Virus record (IMG/VR): IMGVR_UViG_3300033074_000216
Coordinates: 17,268 to 81,267 of that record
Source: a virus
Lineage: Duplodnaviria; Caudoviricetes
DNA: 64,000 nucleotides
Reading direction: 5' to 3' (one strand)
The position numbers were made by a program, and so were the translations under genes. Positions 18,007 through 27,801 of this stretch are shown in pieces (position 1 is the stretch's first letter; every line of letters starts with the position of its first letter). The notes under the pieces are model-generated. The model saw only the letters and a program-made list of their open reading frames with translations. It had not been told where the DNA came from and did no database searches.

Positions 18007-18963
18007 ATGTTTTTAAAACTTTTCACAGAACATTTCCCCATTTACGTAGAACTAATGAAATCTACAGAACATAACTCTCCATACCATGCCGAAGGCTCAG
18101 TTTGGACTCACACTTGTATGGTTTATTCAATCCTCAAATCTAGAAGACCAGACTCATACGTTCCTCAAATCGCTGCAATCCTTCATGACTTAGGTAAATG
18201 TATGGTTAAAGTAACGAAAGACGATGGTACATTCTCATTCAACGGACACGAAGGTGTATCTACTCACTTAGCTCTAGACATCCTTCCAATATTCGGACTA
18301 AGAGAATTTGAGAACATCCAAATCTTAAATCTTATCTCTCTTCACGGAGTTAACATCGAGCAACTAACAATCCCTTACATGACTCTATTCAGACATGCAG
18401 ACTCAGTTGGTCGTATTAGTTTGAAAGACATCCGTAAGGACTACGATCCTCGTAAGTTCATTAAACAAGCTTCTGAGTACAAACGAGAAGTTACAATCCT
18501 AACAGGATTACCTTGTTCAGGTAAGTCAACTTACGCTTCTCAATTCAAAGACACTCATAACATTATTTCTCGTGATACATTCCTAATGGATCCTATCATT
18601 AATCCTGATGACCTTCCATATAATGAAATTTATAACTTAGTTCATTCTGACGAAGTTAGTCTTGCTTGTTTTAACAATCTATTCGAATCACACATTCTTA
18701 AGGTTTCGAAAGATTACTCAACACCTATCATCGTAGACATGACTATGTTATCTCTATCTTCAAGACGATCTATAATGGCTAAACTTAAAGACTCTTCATT
18801 CAAATCTGTAGTATTCCTAACTAGGTTAACTACTATTGATGCTCGTAACGCAAACCGACCAGGGAAGGTAATACCAGACGAAGTCCTGTTCAACATGCAG
18901 AAGTCATTCACTATGCCAGTTCGAGAAGAAGGTTTTACTTCAATCGAATACAAACTATCTTAA
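18007..18963 (+). CDS. HD-domain plus P-loop kinase fusion (polynucleotide kinase-like)
   Basis: YHAEGSVWTHT, AILHDLGK, HEGVS; C-terminal GLPCSGKST, IVDMT, IDARNANR. Confidence 0.8.
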   Translation: MFLKLFTEHFPIYVELMKSTEHNSPYHAEGSVWTHTCMVYSILKSRRPDSYVPQIAAILHDLGKCMVKVTKDDGTFSFNGHEGVSTHLALDILPIFGLREFENIQILNLISLHGVNIEQLTIPYMTLFRHADSVGRISLKDIRKDYDPRKFIKQASEYKREVTILTGLPCSGKSTYASQFKDTHNIISRDTFLMDPIINPDDLPYNEIYNLVHSDEVSLACFNNLFESHILKVSKDYSTPIIVDMTMLSLSSRRSIMAKLKDSSFKSVVFLTRLTTIDARNANRPGKVIPDEVLFNMQKSFTMPVREEGFTSIEYKLS

Positions 18964-18971
18964 GGTTCCCA

Positions 18972-19139
18972 ATGATTAAATCAATTATAAACCTAGTACT
19001 CGGTATCTTTGTAGACCGTGCTACAGACTCAATACAAGTAGCTCAGACGACTTTTAAACTTTGGGCTTACCTTTCTATCATTCTATTCGGATCATTCGTT
19101 CTAGCTATCTTATACGGCTTGTACGCTATGATCTTTTAA
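18972..19139 (+). CDS. Small membrane protein (55 aa, not in track)
   Basis: AAGG RBS, ATG 18972, hydrophobic C-terminal half. Confidence 0.5.
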   Translation: MIKSIINLVLGIFVDRATDSIQVAQTTFKLWAYLSIILFGSFVLAILYGLYAMIF

Positions 19140-19147
19140 GAAATATT

Positions 19148-19264
19148 ATGACACATTTATACCCTAAACATTACTACTGTAATACTTGTAAAAAGAAAAT
19201 TAACAAACATATTTATACAACTAATAAAGGTTTATGTAAATCTTGTTTAGAACAAATAAATTAA
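19148..19264 (+). CDS. Tiny zinc-finger protein (38 aa)
   Basis: CNTC...CKSC. Confidence 0.45.
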   Translation: MTHLYPKHYYCNTCKKKINKHIYTTNKGLCKSCLEQIN

Positions 19265-19326
19265 TATCCTTTTAAGCTTACTTACTATATACTGCCTTAA
19301 AACAATGAATATAAAAGGTAGAAATA

Positions 19327-20202
19327 ATGGAAATATACAGAATAGTAAACTTAGTAACTGGAAAAAGTTATATAGGAAAAACAAGTATAGGATACTTGAA
19401 TAGATTTAAAAAACATTTAAACAATGCTTCTAAAAGTATAAATAGATATTTATATGATTCAATGAATAAGTACGGAACTGAATTCTTCATAATAGGAATT
19501 CTTGAAAACTGTACATCAGTTGAAGAGTTAAATCTTAAGGAATCTTACTATATTAAAAAATATAATTCATTATATCCTAACGGTTATAATATGACTACAG
19601 GAGGAGATGGTGGAAATACACTATTAAAATGGTCAGAAGATAAAAAGAAAGAATTATATAAAAAACAAGCAGAAGCAAGATTTGGTAAAACAAGAACAGA
19701 AGAACAACGTAAAAACATGTCTTTAGCTCAAAAAGGTAAAATAATATCACAAGAGACTAAAAAATTAATATCTGAAAAATTAAAGAGTAATTATCAAAAC
19801 AAAACTGAAGAAGAAAAAAGAAAAGCAACTCAACATCTAATTCCTACTTATGGCAATAGAAAAGGTTCAAAACATTCTGAGACATCAAAACTGAAAATGT
19901 CAGAAAATGCTTCAAAATCTTGGGATGAAAAATATACAGAAATTCAAATTACAAAACGAAAACAAAGGTTAAGTAATAGAATGAAAAATAGTAATCCAAA
20001 TAAAGTTGAGATAACATCATCTCAAATAAAACAAATACATAATTTTATAAATACAAACGAACGAGTAGAAATATTCGCAGAAAAAATAGGACTTAGTCCT
20101 TTTAAAATAAGACAAGTTATTAAATCTCTAGGAATAGATAACTTACAACATTACAGACAAAAGGTAAAAAATGAGAAAACTAGTAACAATACAAAAGATT
20201 GA
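19327..20202 (+). mobile_element. Free-standing GIY-YIG homing endonuclease with NUMOD3-like repeats
   Basis: MEIYRIVN..GKSYIGKT, GYNMTTGGDGG, HSETSKLKMSE repeats; more A-rich than neighbours. Confidence 0.85.
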
Positions 20203-21277
20203 TGCATTAATCCCTATGGAAGGATATGATTCAATCCAGTTAGCTCAAATAAAAGGCTGGCAAGTAATAGTTAAAAAAGGCGAGTTCAGTGTAAACGATG
20301 CTTGTTTATTCTTTGAAATTGATTCTTTTTTACCAGCTACTGACACAAGATTTGAATTTTTAGGAAAACCAACTACATTTGAAGGTAAGCAGGGATACAG
20401 GTTAAAAACTAAAAAACTTAAATCTTATTTATCTCAAGGATTAGCCCTACCATTATCAATGTTCCCAGAACTTATCGATTACTCAGAAGACTACTCAGAA
20501 GCACTAGGTGTTATCAAGTACGACGTAGCTGTTCAAGAATTCGATCAAAGACCAGGATTAAAGTCAGGAAGACCAAGAGGCTCATTCCCATCATTTATTC
20601 CTAAGACAGACCAAGAGAGAATCCAAAACCTAACTCACCTATGGCAAACATTAGATCCAAACACAGAGTTCGAAGAAACTCTTAAACTAGATGGATCATC
20701 TATGACTTGTTACAAGATCAAGAAAACTTTATCTCTATGGGACAAAGTAAAACAATTCTTTGGATTCAACGTTAAACCTTACCATTTTGGTGTATGTTCT
20801 AGAAATCTTGAACTTCAACCTAATGCATCTCAATCTCAAACTTTTGACAATGGTGGTAAGATTTCAGTATACGATCAGTCAGACTTCTGGAAACAAGCTG
20901 TTAAGTTAGAATTAGAATCTAAAATCCCTGAAGGCTACGCAATCCAAGGTGAATTAATCGGACCTAAAATCCAAGCTAACCATGAGAAAGTTACTACACT
21001 TGAATACTACGTATTTGATGTATTCGACATTAAGGAACAAAAGTACCTTCTACCATTAGAACGAAGAGTATTCTGTCACAATAACAAAATCCCTCATGTT
21101 CCAATCTTGGGTACATTCCAACCGTTCCGACTTCAATTATCAGACCTACTACTTCATGTTGAGGGTCAATCGATAAATCCTGGAACAATCTCTGAAGGTC
21201 GTGTTTACAAACAATTAGACAGACCATTCTCATTCAAAGTTATATCTAATCAATATCTACTTAAGGCAGAACAATGA
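20171..21277 (+). CDS. RNA ligase (Rnl2/DRB0094-like family)
   Basis: RKLVTIQKI N-terminus, FPSFIPKTDQERIQN, TLKLDGSS (KxDG), IQGELIG, SEGRVYK, FKVISNQYL. Confidence 0.88.
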   Translation: MRKLVTIQKIDALIPMEGYDSIQLAQIKGWQVIVKKGEFSVNDACLFFEIDSFLPATDTRFEFLGKPTTFEGKQGYRLKTKKLKSYLSQGLALPLSMFPELIDYSEDYSEALGVIKYDVAVQEFDQRPGLKSGRPRGSFPSFIPKTDQERIQNLTHLWQTLDPNTEFEETLKLDGSSMTCYKIKKTLSLWDKVKQFFGFNVKPYHFGVCSRNLELQPNASQSQTFDNGGKISVYDQSDFWKQAVKLELESKIPEGYAIQGELIGPKIQANHEKVTTLEYYVFDVFDIKEQKYLLPLERRVFCHNNKIPHVPILGTFQPFRLQLSDLLLHVEGQSINPGTISEGRVYKQLDRPFSFKVISNQYLLKAEQ

Positions 21278-21486
21278 TTATTGAAATAGATGATTTATAT
21301 GTTAGAGATTTAATAACTAGTAAATTTCATATTATTAATATTAGAAACAATCAATTTTCAATAAGTCCTAGAACAACAGGAACTACAGTAGAAACACAAG
21401 ATTTATTAGCTCTTAAAATTAGTAATAACTTTATTAAATTAACTGGACCATCTGGAGAATATGCCTTTAAGGATTTATTAGCATGA
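21274..21486 (+). CDS. Hypothetical protein
   Basis: ATGA overlap with the ligase stop. Confidence 0.5.
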   Translation: MIIEIDDLYVRDLITSKFHIINIRNNQFSISPRTTGTTVETQDLLALKISNNFIKLTGPSGEYAFKDLLA

Positions 21487-21528
21487 TTACTGAGCAACTT
21501 CCTCCAGACTTAGATTTAGAGACTCCTT

Positions 21529-22047
21529 ATGCTTAAATTCGGAGTCCTAATCGGAAGATTTCAACCTCTTCATTATGGACACTTAGCTTTAATTGAACAT
21601 ATTAGAACACTAGGATATATTCCAATAGTCTTAGTTGGTATGTCTACTAATAAAACTAAGAATCCTATCCCAGTTAAAGAAGTAGTTGCAAACTTTGAGA
21701 ACATCCTTCCAAAAGAAAATGTTCGAGTAATCTTAGATCATCATGATAATCTTATGTGGATAAGAGCATTAGATAATATTCTATCAAATCCAAGATTTGA
21801 AGATGGGACATTCACTCTATTTACTCATAACAAACCTTCTGAAGCAGGTAAATATGGATTAAAAGAAGGACAATTCTATTCAGATTTAATAGTAGAAAAC
21901 TCTACTGTTATTACAAACTCAATAGATTTAACTCAAACTTTCCCAAACTTCGATGGAAATTCAGGTACAGTTGTTCGTAAATTTTTACAACATCTATTAA
22001 CTAAAGCACCTAAAGAATCTATCGAACTTCTTTTAAAACATATGTAA
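21529..22047 (+). CDS. Nicotinamide mononucleotide adenylyltransferase-like (cytidyltransferase fold)
   Basis: GRFQPLHYGH HxGH motif; KNP; SGTVVR (SxTxxR-like). Confidence 0.8.
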   Translation: MLKFGVLIGRFQPLHYGHLALIEHIRTLGYIPIVLVGMSTNKTKNPIPVKEVVANFENILPKENVRVILDHHDNLMWIRALDNILSNPRFEDGTFTLFTHNKPSEAGKYGLKEGQFYSDLIVENSTVITNSIDLTQTFPNFDGNSGTVVRKFLQHLLTKAPKESIELLLKHM

Positions 22048-22124
22048 TACTGAGACCGAAATGTCTCTAAACTAAGTTGATTCTCGAGAATCCAACATAC
22101 CAATTCAATAATAAGGAAATCAAA

Positions 22125-22427
22125 ATGGCACAATCAAATGACATTTTAGCTTCATTAGCAGAAGCAATCGCTGCAATCAGCGACAAAAAAGCTAAGAAAA
22201 ACAAAGCTACACCTAAATTCGTTTTAGTAGTAGACGGAAAAGTTAGTCAACAAAGACCAGCTAGCAAAACTGAAGTTGAGAAAGCTGTACACGCTATCTT
22301 AATGGTTAAACCAACAAGCAAAATTGAATTATACAAATTCAAATCTGAATTAGCAATCGCTTTACCAATCAGTGGTTTAGACGGTGAAGCTGAAGCAGAA
22401 ACTTCAACAGAAACTCAAGGAGAATAA
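22125..22427 (+). CDS. Hypothetical protein
   Basis: AAGGA RBS before ATG 22125; acidic C-terminus. Confidence 0.6.
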   Translation: MAQSNDILASLAEAIAAISDKKAKKNKATPKFVLVVDGKVSQQRPASKTEVEKAVHAILMVKPTSKIELYKFKSELAIALPISGLDGEAEAETSTETQGE

Positions 22428-22428
22428 C

Positions 22429-22554
22429 ATGGCAGATTTCGACGTAAACGCATTAATTTCTGAAGTAACTGGTGGAGCTGACACTAGTACTACAGTTAGA
22501 ATAGCTGAAGGACAAGTGTCTCAAGCAAAGGGAAAAAGTGGCGCTATAGCGTAA
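22429..22554 (+). CDS. 41-aa peptide, candidate small modifier or substrate (not in track)
   Basis: AAGGAG RBS, MADFDVNALISEVTGGADTSTTVRIAEGQVSQAKGKSGAIA; directly upstream of the E1-like gene. Confidence 0.6.
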   Translation: MADFDVNALISEVTGGADTSTTVRIAEGQVSQAKGKSGAIA

Positions 22555-22571
22555 TTTTTTCAATTTAACTA

Positions 22572-22587
22572 GGGTTCGCCCTAGTAA
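22572..22587 (+). terminator. UUCG hairpin
   Basis: ctaggg-ttcg-ccctag; coordinates approximate. Confidence 0.45.
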
Positions 22588-22606
22588 TTTAAATAAGGAA
22601 AAAACA

Positions 22607-24130
22607 ATGACAATAACATATGATGTAAAACAACTTTTAAACTCAAGCACTAAAAACTTTTTAAGATTAAAACCAGAATTAATACCAATGCAACATACAG
22701 GATCAGTACTTTCATTGCCATTAATTTTTGCAGTTAACTCTTCATTAACTACTATAAACGATGACCCTCTTTATAGAAGATTCTTTGATATTATACCTAG
22801 TGGTGAACTTCAATCTCTAATTGAGAAAGAATCTAAACTTCCGGGACGAGTTAAACTATACCCAGTATTCTCAGAATCTACACATAAAATCGAACTTGTA
22901 CCACAACTAATCAGAAACGATCAGTGGACTATGAGTGCAACAGACACATCTCAGTATGCTATCATTCCTAATCCTACATACTATGCACAACACGATGGTG
23001 AAGAAGTATTAATAGGTTTCCCTAGAATAGGAATAAGACCATTAACTAATACAAACTCATACTACATTACTGGTTCAGATTTATCTGTATTTGATAAGTT
23101 CGGAGCAGATGGTAAATACTATTCATTCCCATCAGTAGAATCATACGATTTTACTACACACTTGAAAACTCAAATCTATACTAGATACTTCAGACCTAAT
23201 AGTATCACTGATGGTGCAACTTCTGGATCTATAGTAGTTCTAGACACGTTCTTACCATTCTTAGCTATTGGTGACATATCTAATAACAATGATAATAACA
23301 ACATTGTTATCAATCCATCAAGGTATGGAGCAATTAGTCCATTAACAGCTAACTTGTTAAACATAAGTCAAATCCCAATTCAATCTGTACTAAAAGATGT
23401 ACTTAAATTTGAATTACCATACATAGAACAATTACTAAGAACAGTTAAGAAATCTAAGCTTAAAATCGTATTTGCTGGTGTTGGTGGAACAGGTACAAAC
23501 ACAATTTACTGGTTACATGAAATCTGTACATTCTTCAACATTCCAACTATCTTCGACGAAGTATACGTTTATGAGAAAGACAATGTAGACTTCTCAAACA
23601 TCTTTAGATTCCCAATTCTACCTAAAGTATACGAATCAATCAACACAGCTGAACTTCCTAAGATAGCTCTAGTTGACAGATACCTTCGTACTCTATCTAA
23701 GTACATTGTTTACAAAGAACAATACTTAGAATCACACGCAGACGTTCCAAACATTCTATTAGATGAAAACTCTCAAGCTAAACCTGATGTTATCATTTAT
23801 GGTGCTCCATCAATCAGTAACAGAAACTTTCTATCTTCTTTAGGTAGCTTCATTTCTGCAACTCATGCTAACAACACAGCATCTCTATACATCAATCCTA
23901 AAGCTGATGATTCATTACAAGTTGAAACTTACGGATTAATCCAACTTAATTCATTCTTCATCAATCAAATTAGGATGGCTATTGGTTTCTTAGAAATCTT
24001 ATCTGAGAAAGCATACAGACAAGAAGACTTATTATGGTCAGACTACACATTTGTCCCAGCAAACCCAAATTCAGGCAAGTATTTCTTCGACATCAGAAGA
24101 GAAATGCAAGCCCTAGTTGTAGGAGAGTAA
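22607..24130 (+). CDS. Protein with C-terminal ThiF/E1-like adenylation domain
   Basis: KIVFAGVGGTGT (GxGxxG) and EKDNVDFSNIFR (D.D.V..SN..R). Confidence 0.72.
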   Translation: MTITYDVKQLLNSSTKNFLRLKPELIPMQHTGSVLSLPLIFAVNSSLTTINDDPLYRRFFDIIPSGELQSLIEKESKLPGRVKLYPVFSESTHKIELVPQLIRNDQWTMSATDTSQYAIIPNPTYYAQHDGEEVLIGFPRIGIRPLTNTNSYYITGSDLSVFDKFGADGKYYSFPSVESYDFTTHLKTQIYTRYFRPNSITDGATSGSIVVLDTFLPFLAIGDISNNNDNNNIVINPSRYGAISPLTANLLNISQIPIQSVLKDVLKFELPYIEQLLRTVKKSKLKIVFAGVGGTGTNTIYWLHEICTFFNIPTIFDEVYVYEKDNVDFSNIFRFPILPKVYESINTAELPKIALVDRYLRTLSKYIVYKEQYLESHADVPNILLDENSQAKPDVIIYGAPSISNRNFLSSLGSFISATHANNTASLYINPKADDSLQVETYGLIQLNSFFINQIRMAIGFLEILSEKAYRQEDLLWSDYTFVPANPNSGKYFFDIRREMQALVVGE

Positions 24131-24131
24131 C

Positions 24132-25487
24132 ATGAATTCATACATCCCAGACTACCTAGCTACTCAAGCTACGAATCCTAAGCAAAACATCTTAGGTCAA
24201 CTATATCTAAACGAAGTAGAAGCCTTCCAGAAGAAATGTATGCAATCTATGACGGCTACTCCATCAGACCCAACTAAGTATTTTATTGATCCAAATACCT
24301 TAGGAACATTAGTTCCAGTTGATCCAAAGATGAGTAGTTTTGCTGAAATTACAAACAACAGAAGACCATTCGAAGGCTTCAATTATCAATACATCTTCAA
24401 TAATGTTATCAAGAAAATCTTAACTCTTAACGGAACATTCTCATTCGAAGAAGCTATCGTTGAAATCAACAAGTTCAAAGAGAAAGCTGGACCTCACTTC
24501 TATGGTGCAGTTCTAAGAAAAGGTGATAAACTCATCAATCCTTATCATATTCTAACTCCTATTAGTTATATGAAGAACAAAGAAGTATTCAACGATAAAT
24601 ACACAGTTCTATTATTCTTCTACTCAAACATTAACAGTTTATTCTCTGATGGTTTCAAAAGACCAGACGCTGATAAGAAAGACAAAGAATACTGTGAAAC
24701 TTTATTAAACAACATTATCAAATGTTCAAACCATCAAGATGCTGAAGTTAAATCACCTAACAACATAGAAGGATTCTATACAAGTACTTCAATATCTTCT
24801 CCAACAGAAAGATTCACTTCTAGAACCTACTCAAGAAACTCATTTGCAGGATTAAAATATCACGTAGTACAAGCTGAAGAAATTACTGAAAAAGAATTCT
24901 TAGCATTAAACTATGTAACTCAGAACTCAGTTAGTTCATCAAATGGTGAAACATACCTTCTGTCAGCTCACCAAATCATGGTTAACGGAGTATTCGCTCC
25001 TGAGTATGGAGTATCTCTACTTAAGAAATCTAGAAGCTCACTATACGGAACATTCTTAACTCCATCAGCTTCATGCAATATCCAATCAGACTCTCTAAAC
25101 AAAAGTCTGACATTCGCTTCAGTGTGTACTGGACGAGAATCACAAAGTACCTTAAAAGGTATTTCATCTTTACATTGTTGTAACTATGCTTCAGCATACA
25201 ACTCACATGCTCATTCAGACCTTTCAATAGTATTTGCTAAAGAATCTATTGAGAAATGTACAACAATCTATGACAAAATCGGTATACTACCAAAAACACT
25301 AAAAGACACTCCAACTCCAGAAGAACTTGAGAGAATCGCTAATTTTGCAGACTACATCACATACATGACTGAGACATTCAAACTAAGTCTAATGGAAATC
25401 GAAGCAAGATACCAAACAATTAAAGGACAACAAAATGGGAAAGAAAAAGAACAAACATTTGCAAAGACAGACAGCTATGCTAACTGA
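24132..25487 (+). CDS. Hypothetical protein, possible prokaryotic E2-like C-terminal domain
   Basis: N...VCTG segment (SCNIQSD...FASVCTG) resembles the Prok-E2 catalytic region; lies between E1-like and JAB genes. Confidence 0.4.
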   Translation: MNSYIPDYLATQATNPKQNILGQLYLNEVEAFQKKCMQSMTATPSDPTKYFIDPNTLGTLVPVDPKMSSFAEITNNRRPFEGFNYQYIFNNVIKKILTLNGTFSFEEAIVEINKFKEKAGPHFYGAVLRKGDKLINPYHILTPISYMKNKEVFNDKYTVLLFFYSNINSLFSDGFKRPDADKKDKEYCETLLNNIIKCSNHQDAEVKSPNNIEGFYTSTSISSPTERFTSRTYSRNSFAGLKYHVVQAEEITEKEFLALNYVTQNSVSSSNGETYLLSAHQIMVNGVFAPEYGVSLLKKSRSSLYGTFLTPSASCNIQSDSLNKSLTFASVCTGRESQSTLKGISSLHCCNYASAYNSHAHSDLSIVFAKESIEKCTTIYDKIGILPKTLKDTPTPEELERIANFADYITYMTETFKLSLMEIEARYQTIKGQQNGKEKEQTFAKTDSYAN

Positions 25488-26970
25488 GTATAAAACAATT
25501 TATGGCTCAGTAGGCACTACTACTCCTGCCTCTACAGGTCAAACAAGAGCACTCGTACCAATCGATCTAAAGAATCATGGTATTATCCTACAAAAACACA
25601 GCATTATCCAGAAGATGTACGAACAATCAGGACCAAATGCTAAATCAAACGAATTCCAAATGCATTATTGGATGTTAGTTTTCAGACATACATTCGATGA
25701 TGGCGGATTCTTCGACGTAGCAGTTCCAACTTGCTATTTCAACTACGAACAATTCGTATCTGCAGCTCATGTAGACTTCGAGATGAAAGATGTATCAGAA
25801 TTATCTGAGAAGTTAACTCCTCTTCATAATATGATTACTAACCAAATCTTAGCTACAAATTTCAAAGCTGAGTTAGAAACACTATTTGGTGTACCATTTG
25901 AACCAATCTCTGTTGACGTAGGTACTCTACACAGACATCCAGGTTCATCTTACTCTCAAAGATTCTCAGGAACAGACTTAGATGCTAATACAACTAACCA
26001 CGGTATAGTATTCCCATTAAAATCTGGTGTTGATAAACCTTCATTCTCTGGAATCTTAGCTGTTGACGGAACTGAATGCAACGTAGCTCACTACGAATAC
26101 AGATTAGTTAACGGTGCATACGAAACTAATGACATGACATACACTAAGGGTAGATGTTTAGCTATCACTTTAAACGATACTTATACTCCTCCAGTTTTAT
26201 CAGCAGTTCAACGATTCTTCGGAGTAGTTACAGCTGGTGCTCCTCTTAAAACTAAAGAAGACAGTTCATTAGTTCCACAAACTATGATTCAAACTCTTAA
26301 TAGTTTAATCACTTTATTACCAGATCCAAACATCCAATTAATTAGATCTGAGAACGTGAAAACCAGGGTTACGACAACCGTTACAAGATACACAGGTGGC
26401 GGGTTCACTGGTTCATGGATTAATGGCGCTTGGGTACCGAATGCTGAAACGCCTCCTTACAAGTTAGCTATCGCTGATTACGATTATCCATTACAAACTC
26501 TTAAGTTCAATTATGAGAAACACATGAACTTCCACAAACTTCCATTCAAAGACGAAGACATCGCTAAACTTAATAGAACTGAAATGGAAGAAAAACTAAA
26601 AGAAGTTTATGCTTACAAAGCTCCAAAGAAAGAAGAAAAACCAGAAGTTAAAGCTAATGGTAAATTCTTAGTTTGTGAAATTCTTCCTCATACAGAAGAA
26701 GAACTTGAAGCTTTAACAAGAGAAGAACTTATTGCACACCATGATGAACTAGATACTTACTACTACGGAAAAGTGTCTCCATCTATCGCTGAAACTGAAA
26801 CTGACGTAACAAAACAAGAACTAATCGGATACATCACAGAGTTATACGTTAACATCTATGATGAAGAACAAGACTCTTTAGCCGATGCTCCTGGAGTTGT
26901 TACAGCAATACCAAACACTACAGGAAGGTCTCTATATGATTTCGCTGACTACGACGACTGTTGGAACTGA
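25435..26970 (+). CDS. JAB/MPN-like metalloprotease domain protein
   Basis: SNEFQ upstream Glu; GTLHRHPG...FSGTDLD (HxH..S..D JAMM motif). Confidence 0.72.
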   Translation: MGKKKNKHLQRQTAMLTEYKTIYGSVGTTTPASTGQTRALVPIDLKNHGIILQKHSIIQKMYEQSGPNAKSNEFQMHYWMLVFRHTFDDGGFFDVAVPTCYFNYEQFVSAAHVDFEMKDVSELSEKLTPLHNMITNQILATNFKAELETLFGVPFEPISVDVGTLHRHPGSSYSQRFSGTDLDANTTNHGIVFPLKSGVDKPSFSGILAVDGTECNVAHYEYRLVNGAYETNDMTYTKGRCLAITLNDTYTPPVLSAVQRFFGVVTAGAPLKTKEDSSLVPQTMIQTLNSLITLLPDPNIQLIRSENVKTRVTTTVTRYTGGGFTGSWINGAWVPNAETPPYKLAIADYDYPLQTLKFNYEKHMNFHKLPFKDEDIAKLNRTEMEEKLKEVYAYKAPKKEEKPEVKANGKFLVCEILPHTEEELEALTREELIAHHDELDTYYYGKVSPSIAETETDVTKQELIGYITELYVNIYDEEQDSLADAPGVVTAIPNTTGRSLYDFADYDDCWN

Positions 26971-26974
26971 TTCT

Positions 26975-27793
26975 ATGCCATTAGCTGAAGTTGTAGCTAA
27001 CGATACTATTAAACCTAAACGAGTTAAGAAAGTTACAGACCTATCTTACCGAACATTCTTCATCAAGAAGAAAAACGGTAAGACTAGAAAAATCTGTGCT
27101 CCTTCTGCAGACTTACTTAAAGCCCAACGAAGAATACTTCCTGAGTTAGTTGAACACTTTACTTTATATGAAGCTGAACACCTGAAATCGGAAATCTTCC
27201 ACGGATTTATTCCAGGTCGTAACATCGTTACTTGTGCTGAACTTCACAAGAATCTAGACCATACTCTGACTCTAGACATTAGCAACTGTTTCGATTCTAT
27301 CAGTAACGAAATGATTGCATCTTGTGATATCAAACCATTAGACATCTATTTTGAGAAAGAGACTAACTGCTTAGCTCAAGGCTTTGCAACTAGTCCAATT
27401 CTTTCAGCAATCTATCTAGTTAAACCGATCAAAGAGCTAATCACTCTAGTTAAATACATCGATCCAGAAGCTGTAGTTACATGCTACGCTGACGATATCC
27501 AAATTAGTATCCATAAGCAATCTTATGATACTCTTAATAGATTAGTTACTTATGCAACTCATATCTTTGGTCAATACAAACTTACGATCAATCCGAAGAA
27601 AACTCGTATGAGACATTCGAAGTATGGTAATCGTAAGATCTTAGGTATCCAAGTTGGTTCAGAATCTCTGACTCCCTCTCGAAAACTTAAGAAGAAAATC
27701 AGAGCCGCAAAACATCAAGGTAACGGACCATCATTAGGTGGATTAGTTACTGCATCTCGAATGATGTTACCAAAATCGAGAAGACCTAAGTAG
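26975..27793 (+). CDS. Retron-type reverse transcriptase (272 aa)
   Basis: YRTFFIKKKNGKTRKICAP, HGFIPGRNIVTCAELH (retron region X NAxxH-like), DISNCFDSI, LAQGFATSPILS, YADD, KILGIQV; start revised to ATG 26975. Confidence 0.88.
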   Translation: MPLAEVVANDTIKPKRVKKVTDLSYRTFFIKKKNGKTRKICAPSADLLKAQRRILPELVEHFTLYEAEHLKSEIFHGFIPGRNIVTCAELHKNLDHTLTLDISNCFDSISNEMIASCDIKPLDIYFEKETNCLAQGFATSPILSAIYLVKPIKELITLVKYIDPEAVVTCYADDIQISIHKQSYDTLNRLVTYATHIFGQYKLTINPKKTRMRHSKYGNRKILGIQVGSESLTPSRKLKKKIRAAKHQGNGPSLGGLVTASRMMLPKSRRPK

Positions 27794-27801
27794 TCTTCTC
27801 G

